Below are positions 6,723 to 9,181 of a DNA stretch of 9,181 nucleotides, piece after piece. Position 1 is the first letter of the stretch. Each line of letters opens with the position of its first letter. The position numbers and the translations under genes are program-made. The notes under the pieces are model-generated. The model saw only the letters and a list, made by a program, of their open reading frames with translations. It did not search any database and was not told the origin of the DNA. Source of the stretch: a virus (taxonomy: Duplodnaviria > Heunggongvirae > Uroviricota > Caudoviricetes); the IMG/VR virus record IMGVR_UViG_2778261527_000006. The stretch is one strand, 5' to 3'.

Positions 6723-7937
6723 TTATTTGGTTATGTTGACATTTTTGTTGTTTTTGCTGAGTGAATATAGCAATGTTGGTTGCTCCACCTTTTCATCAAC
6801 CCAATCCGCCCACCACTGCATCATTTCTCTGCGCTTATCGAGATACTGAGCATGGTTGTAAATCCCACGCACAGATCCGCCGTTGGCATGTGCCAGTTGC
6901 ACTTCAATAGCATCAGCAGGCCATTCGTGCTCGTTCATAATCGTGCTGAATTCATGCCTGAATCCGTGACCGCTTTCCAGACCCTCATAGCCGATTTGTT
7001 TGATCACAAGCAATACCGCGTTCTCGCAGATTGGCTTCTTCTTATCGTTGCGACCGGCAAAAACAAACTCTGATACTGGTTTGGTGATGGAGCTTAGCGT
7101 AGTGAGAAGTTCAACTACCTGGTCTGACATAGGAACCACATGAATTTTGCGTCCCTTCATCACACTGGCGTCGATGGTGATAATCCTGTTTTCAAAATCG
7201 ACGTTCTTCCATAGCATGGAACGAAGCTCTTTCGTTCTTAGGGCTGTGTAGCGTAAAACTTTGGTCGCAATGAGCGATACGATACTTCCTGAAAATGTTG
7301 CCAGTGCTTTGTTGAATGCCGGGATCTGGTCTGCAGGAAGAAACGGGAAGTTCTTCTTGCGGTATCCCTTCATGGCGTCAGCAAGGTCAGGTGCTGGGTT
7401 ATATTTAGCCCTTCCGGTGACAATAGCGTAACGGAAAACCTCGCCGCATCTTCTGCGGGCTTTGTTGGCTCGCTCCATTGCACCGCGATCTTCGAATCTT
7501 CGGATTACTTCCAGCAGTTGCATCGGCTCAATATCCTGAATCTCAAGACCGCCGATGATGGGTAAAATGTCGTCGTCAAACATTTTGGCAAGTTCGTTTG
7601 CATAGCCTACTGACCAGACTTGCTTCTTGTGCTCGTACCATTCCTTGTAAATCGCACTAAAGGAATTGTTGTTAGACGAAGCCTTTTTCGCCTTTACCGG
7701 ATCGATGCCAACCGAGATGTCTTTCCTCGCAGTCCATGTCTTATCCCTTGCTTCCTGCAAAGTCATAAGCGGATATTTTCCGACAGTCAGGATTTTCTCC
7801 TTACCGTCAATCTTGTAGCGAAGCTGCCATACCTTTTTCCCTGATACAGGGACATAAAGGTACAGGCCATTACCATCGAGTAGGCGGTATGGTTTTTCTT
7901 TCGGCTTTGCTGCTTCAATCTGCTTAACGGTGAGCAT
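6723..7937 (-). CDS. intS: site-specific tyrosine integrase (P4-type, tRNA-associated; IntS-like)
   Basis: The N-terminus MLTVKQIEAAKPKEKPYRLLDGNGLYLYVPVSGKKVWQLRYKIDGKEK matches the DUF4102 arm-binding domain of P4-family integrases. The catalytic region has HGFRHEF (H-x-x-R) and RGIYNHAQY (candidate catalytic Tyr). It lies directly beside the tRNA-Arg 3' end, as in the K-12 yfdC-argW-intS locus. The track start (7973) is a GTG; the ATG at 7937 gives the canonical N-terminus. Confidence 0.9.
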   Translation of the reverse strand: MLTVKQIEAAKPKEKPYRLLDGNGLYLYVPVSGKKVWQLRYKIDGKEKILTVGKYPLMTLQEARDKTWTARKDISVGIDPVKAKKASSNNNSFSAIYKEWYEHKKQVWSVGYANELAKMFDDDILPIIGGLEIQDIEPMQLLEVIRRFEDRGAMERANKARRRCGEVFRYAIVTGRAKYNPAPDLADAMKGYRKKNFPFLPADQIPAFNKALATFSGSIVSLIATKVLRYTALRTKELRSMLWKNVDFENRIITIDASVMKGRKIHVVPMSDQVVELLTTLSSITKPVSEFVFAGRNDKKKPICENAVLLVIKQIGYEGLESGHGFRHEFSTIMNEHEWPADAIEVQLAHANGGSVRGIYNHAQYLDKRREMMQWWADWVDEKVEQPTLLYSLSKNNKNVNITK

Positions 7938-7982
7938 GGGTAAAAATCCGGTGGGTAAAATTATTTTATCCACTTTTTACCC
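7938..7982. repeat. GGGTAAAA(A) repeats at the int 5' end (candidate integrase arm-type binding sites / int promoter region)
   Basis: GGGTAAAAA at 7938-7946, GGGTAAAA at 7953-7960, and the inverted copy TTTTTACCC at 7974-7982, all within 45 bp directly upstream of the int ATG. A consensus TTGACA lies on the minus strand at 7998-8003. Confidence 0.3.
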
Positions 7983-8098
7983 GTCATGGAGTGCGGCTGT
8001 CAACGATCTGACGCGAACCATGACGAACTGTGAATCTACGGGAGGCTTGATATTCAGGGGATTTTGCGGACTGGTACGGATGGGAGCGAACTGATAAA

Positions 8099-8173
8099 TG
8101 GTGTCCCCTGCAGGAATCGAACCTGCAATTAGCCCTTAGGAGGGGCTCGTTATATCCATTTAACTAAGAGGAC
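8099..8173 (-). tRNA. argW: tRNA-Arg (anticodon CCU)
   Basis: The reverse complement reads GTCCTCTTAGTTAAATGGATATAACGAGCCCCTCCTAAGGGCTAATTGCAGGTTCGATTCCTGCAGGGGACACCA: a 7-bp acceptor stem (GTCCTCT/GGGGACA, one G-U pair), anticodon loop CT-CCT-AA, T-arm GGTTCGATTCC, encoded CCA. The 3' end faces the integrase gene. Confidence 0.95.
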
Positions 8174-8178
8174 AATGC

Positions 8179-8220
8179 GGCATGAGTATACCCGCTAATG
8201 GACTGCGGGGTAAGTACGCT
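8179..8220 (-). promoter_or_regulatory. possible argW promoter
   Basis: Minus-strand TATACT (plus coordinates 8185-8190) lies 11 nt upstream of the mature tRNA 5' end; the -35 is weak. Low confidence. Confidence 0.2.
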
Positions 8221-8248
8221 GCCGCTCGATTGCTTAAACCCTCGCCAT

Positions 8249-9181
8249 TTATGCTGGGTTTTTATCATTTTTCTTAATGTTTTCCGCACGTTCTGCTTTT
8301 TGGCGTGCTTCTGCTTTACGCTTGTTGCTCATGTCGTTACGAATCTGTGCATGACTCATTAACGCGAAGATAAAGGTGCCGCCGCAGATGTTCCCCGCTA
8401 AAGTAGGTAGTGCGAAGGGCCAGATGAAATCGCTCCAGTGCAGCGTGCCGTTAAACACCAGATAGAGGATTTCAACAGAACCGACAACGATGTGGGTGGT
8501 GTCACCCAGTGCAATAAGCCAGGTCATCAATATAATCACCACAATCTTTGCCGCACCCGCAGCAGGAAACATCCAAACCATAGTGGCGATCAGCCAGCCG
8601 GAAATGATCGCGTTGGCAAACATCTCGCTGGGGGTGTTCTTCATCACATCCATGCCGATTTTGACAAATGCATCGCGAGTTTCTTCATTGAAGATAGGCA
8701 TATATTCAAATGCCCATGCAGCAATACCTGTCCCGAGAATATTACCCAGCAGCACGACGCCCCATAATCGCATAAGTAAGCCGACGTTGCTCATTGTCGG
8801 TTTTTGCATGACGGGTAGTACCGCAGTCACGGTGTTTTCGGTAAATAATTGCTGGCGGGCCATTATGACGATAATAAAACCAAAGGTATAACCGAGATTC
8901 TCCAGTAAGAAGCTGCCCGGCACACCTTCCAGTTCGACATGAAATATCCCTTTTGCCAGTAACGAAGCGCCCATCGACAGACCCGCCGCAATGGCTGACC
9001 ACAGTAGCGCCATTGCGTCGCGTTCCAGCTCTTTTTCACCATCCTGGCGGATATGCTCATGAATTGCCATCGCCCGGGAGGGGAGTCGGTCTTCATCTAT
9101 TTCTATTTTTTTGCCGCGCTCTTTTTCTTCGCTCTCAACTTCAATTTCGTCGCTGTGTTGATCAATTTTGTCGTTGTCCAT
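8249..9181 (-). CDS. yfdC: formate/nitrite transporter (FNT) family inner membrane protein YfdC
   Basis: Complete 310-aa ORF with ATG at the window edge (9179-9181): a hydrophilic acidic N-terminus followed by multiple TM segments, about 50% GC. Its position next to argW matches the conserved enterobacterial yfdC-argW arrangement. Identity is recalled, not searched. Confidence 0.8.
   Translation of the reverse strand: MDNDKIDQHSDEIEVESEEKERGKKIEIDEDRLPSRAMAIHEHIRQDGEKELERDAMALLWSAIAAGLSMGASLLAKGIFHVELEGVPGSFLLENLGYTFGFIIVIMARQQLFTENTVTAVLPVMQKPTMSNVGLLMRLWGVVLLGNILGTGIAAWAFEYMPIFNEETRDAFVKIGMDVMKNTPSEMFANAIISGWLIATMVWMFPAAGAAKIVVIILMTWLIALGDTTHIVVGSVEILYLVFNGTLHWSDFIWPFALPTLAGNICGGTFIFALMSHAQIRNDMSNKRKAEARQKAERAENIKKNDKNPA

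Larger units (their letters stand above)
1..8173. mobile_element. P22-like (Sf6/HK620-type) prophage or prophage remnant integrated at argW; attL end with integrase, the other end outside the window
   Basis: Phage genes (tailspike, Mnt, integrase, Lar-like) are contiguous up to the tRNA-Arg 3' end, with the integrase adjacent to and transcribed away from the tRNA. Host DNA (yfdC) begins beyond the tRNA. Confidence 0.8.

Noticed and set aside
6780-7844. Plus-strand ORFs 6780..7073 and 7620..7844 inside int
   Set aside because: They are antisense to the integrase gene, whose domain structure fully accounts for the region.
7938-7973. GTG-initiated 12-codon extension of int (MDKIILPTGFLP)
   Set aside because: The canonical DUF4102 N-terminus begins at the ATG at 7937, and the extension overlaps the GGGTAAAA repeats, which are probably regulatory.
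8438-9096. Four overlapping ORFs (8438..8767 +, 8490..8891 +, 8742..9002 -, 8863..9096 -) within yfdC
   Set aside because: They are alternative-frame or antisense ORFs inside a complete 310-aa membrane-protein gene.
1-9181. CRISPR arrays, IS elements or transposases, rRNA
   Set aside because: No regularly spaced direct repeats, no transposase-like ORFs or terminal inverted repeats, and no rRNA-like sequence were seen; the only structured RNA is tRNA-Arg.

Overview
This window is the attL-proximal ~8.1 kb of a P22-like (Sf6/HK620-type) prophage or prophage remnant integrated at the 3' end of tRNA-Arg(CCU) (argW), plus the flanking host gene yfdC (FNT-family membrane protein). Left to right: a minus-strand early-type pair (a small motif protein and a Lar-family restriction-alleviation protein, truncated at the window edge); a 665-aa plus-strand protein best explained as a phage DNA-transfer/ejection protein; a convergent Mnt-like ribbon-helix-helix repressor; a tailspike whose N-terminal ~120 aa closely match the P22 gp9 head-binding domain, fused to an AT-rich pectate-lyase-like beta-helix; a convergent, very AT-rich EpsG/Wzy-like polytopic membrane protein; a possible small two-TM ORF; a P4-type tyrosine integrase (IntS-like); tRNA-Arg(CCU); and yfdC. 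The most interesting feature is a ~3.3 kb low-GC cassette (about 30% GC against about 50% on either side) that carries both the tailspike receptor-binding domain and a Wzy-like gene in the slot where related argW prophages carry gtrABC or oac. This looks like a co-mobilised receptor-recognition plus O-antigen-modification module, possibly polymerase-based seroconversion. All calls rest on reading the sequence and recalled family motifs; no database search was run. Several ORF-track starts are non-ATG codons (TTG at 551 and 6439, GTG at 7973), so I give the first in-frame ATG with a plausible RBS where homology supports it.
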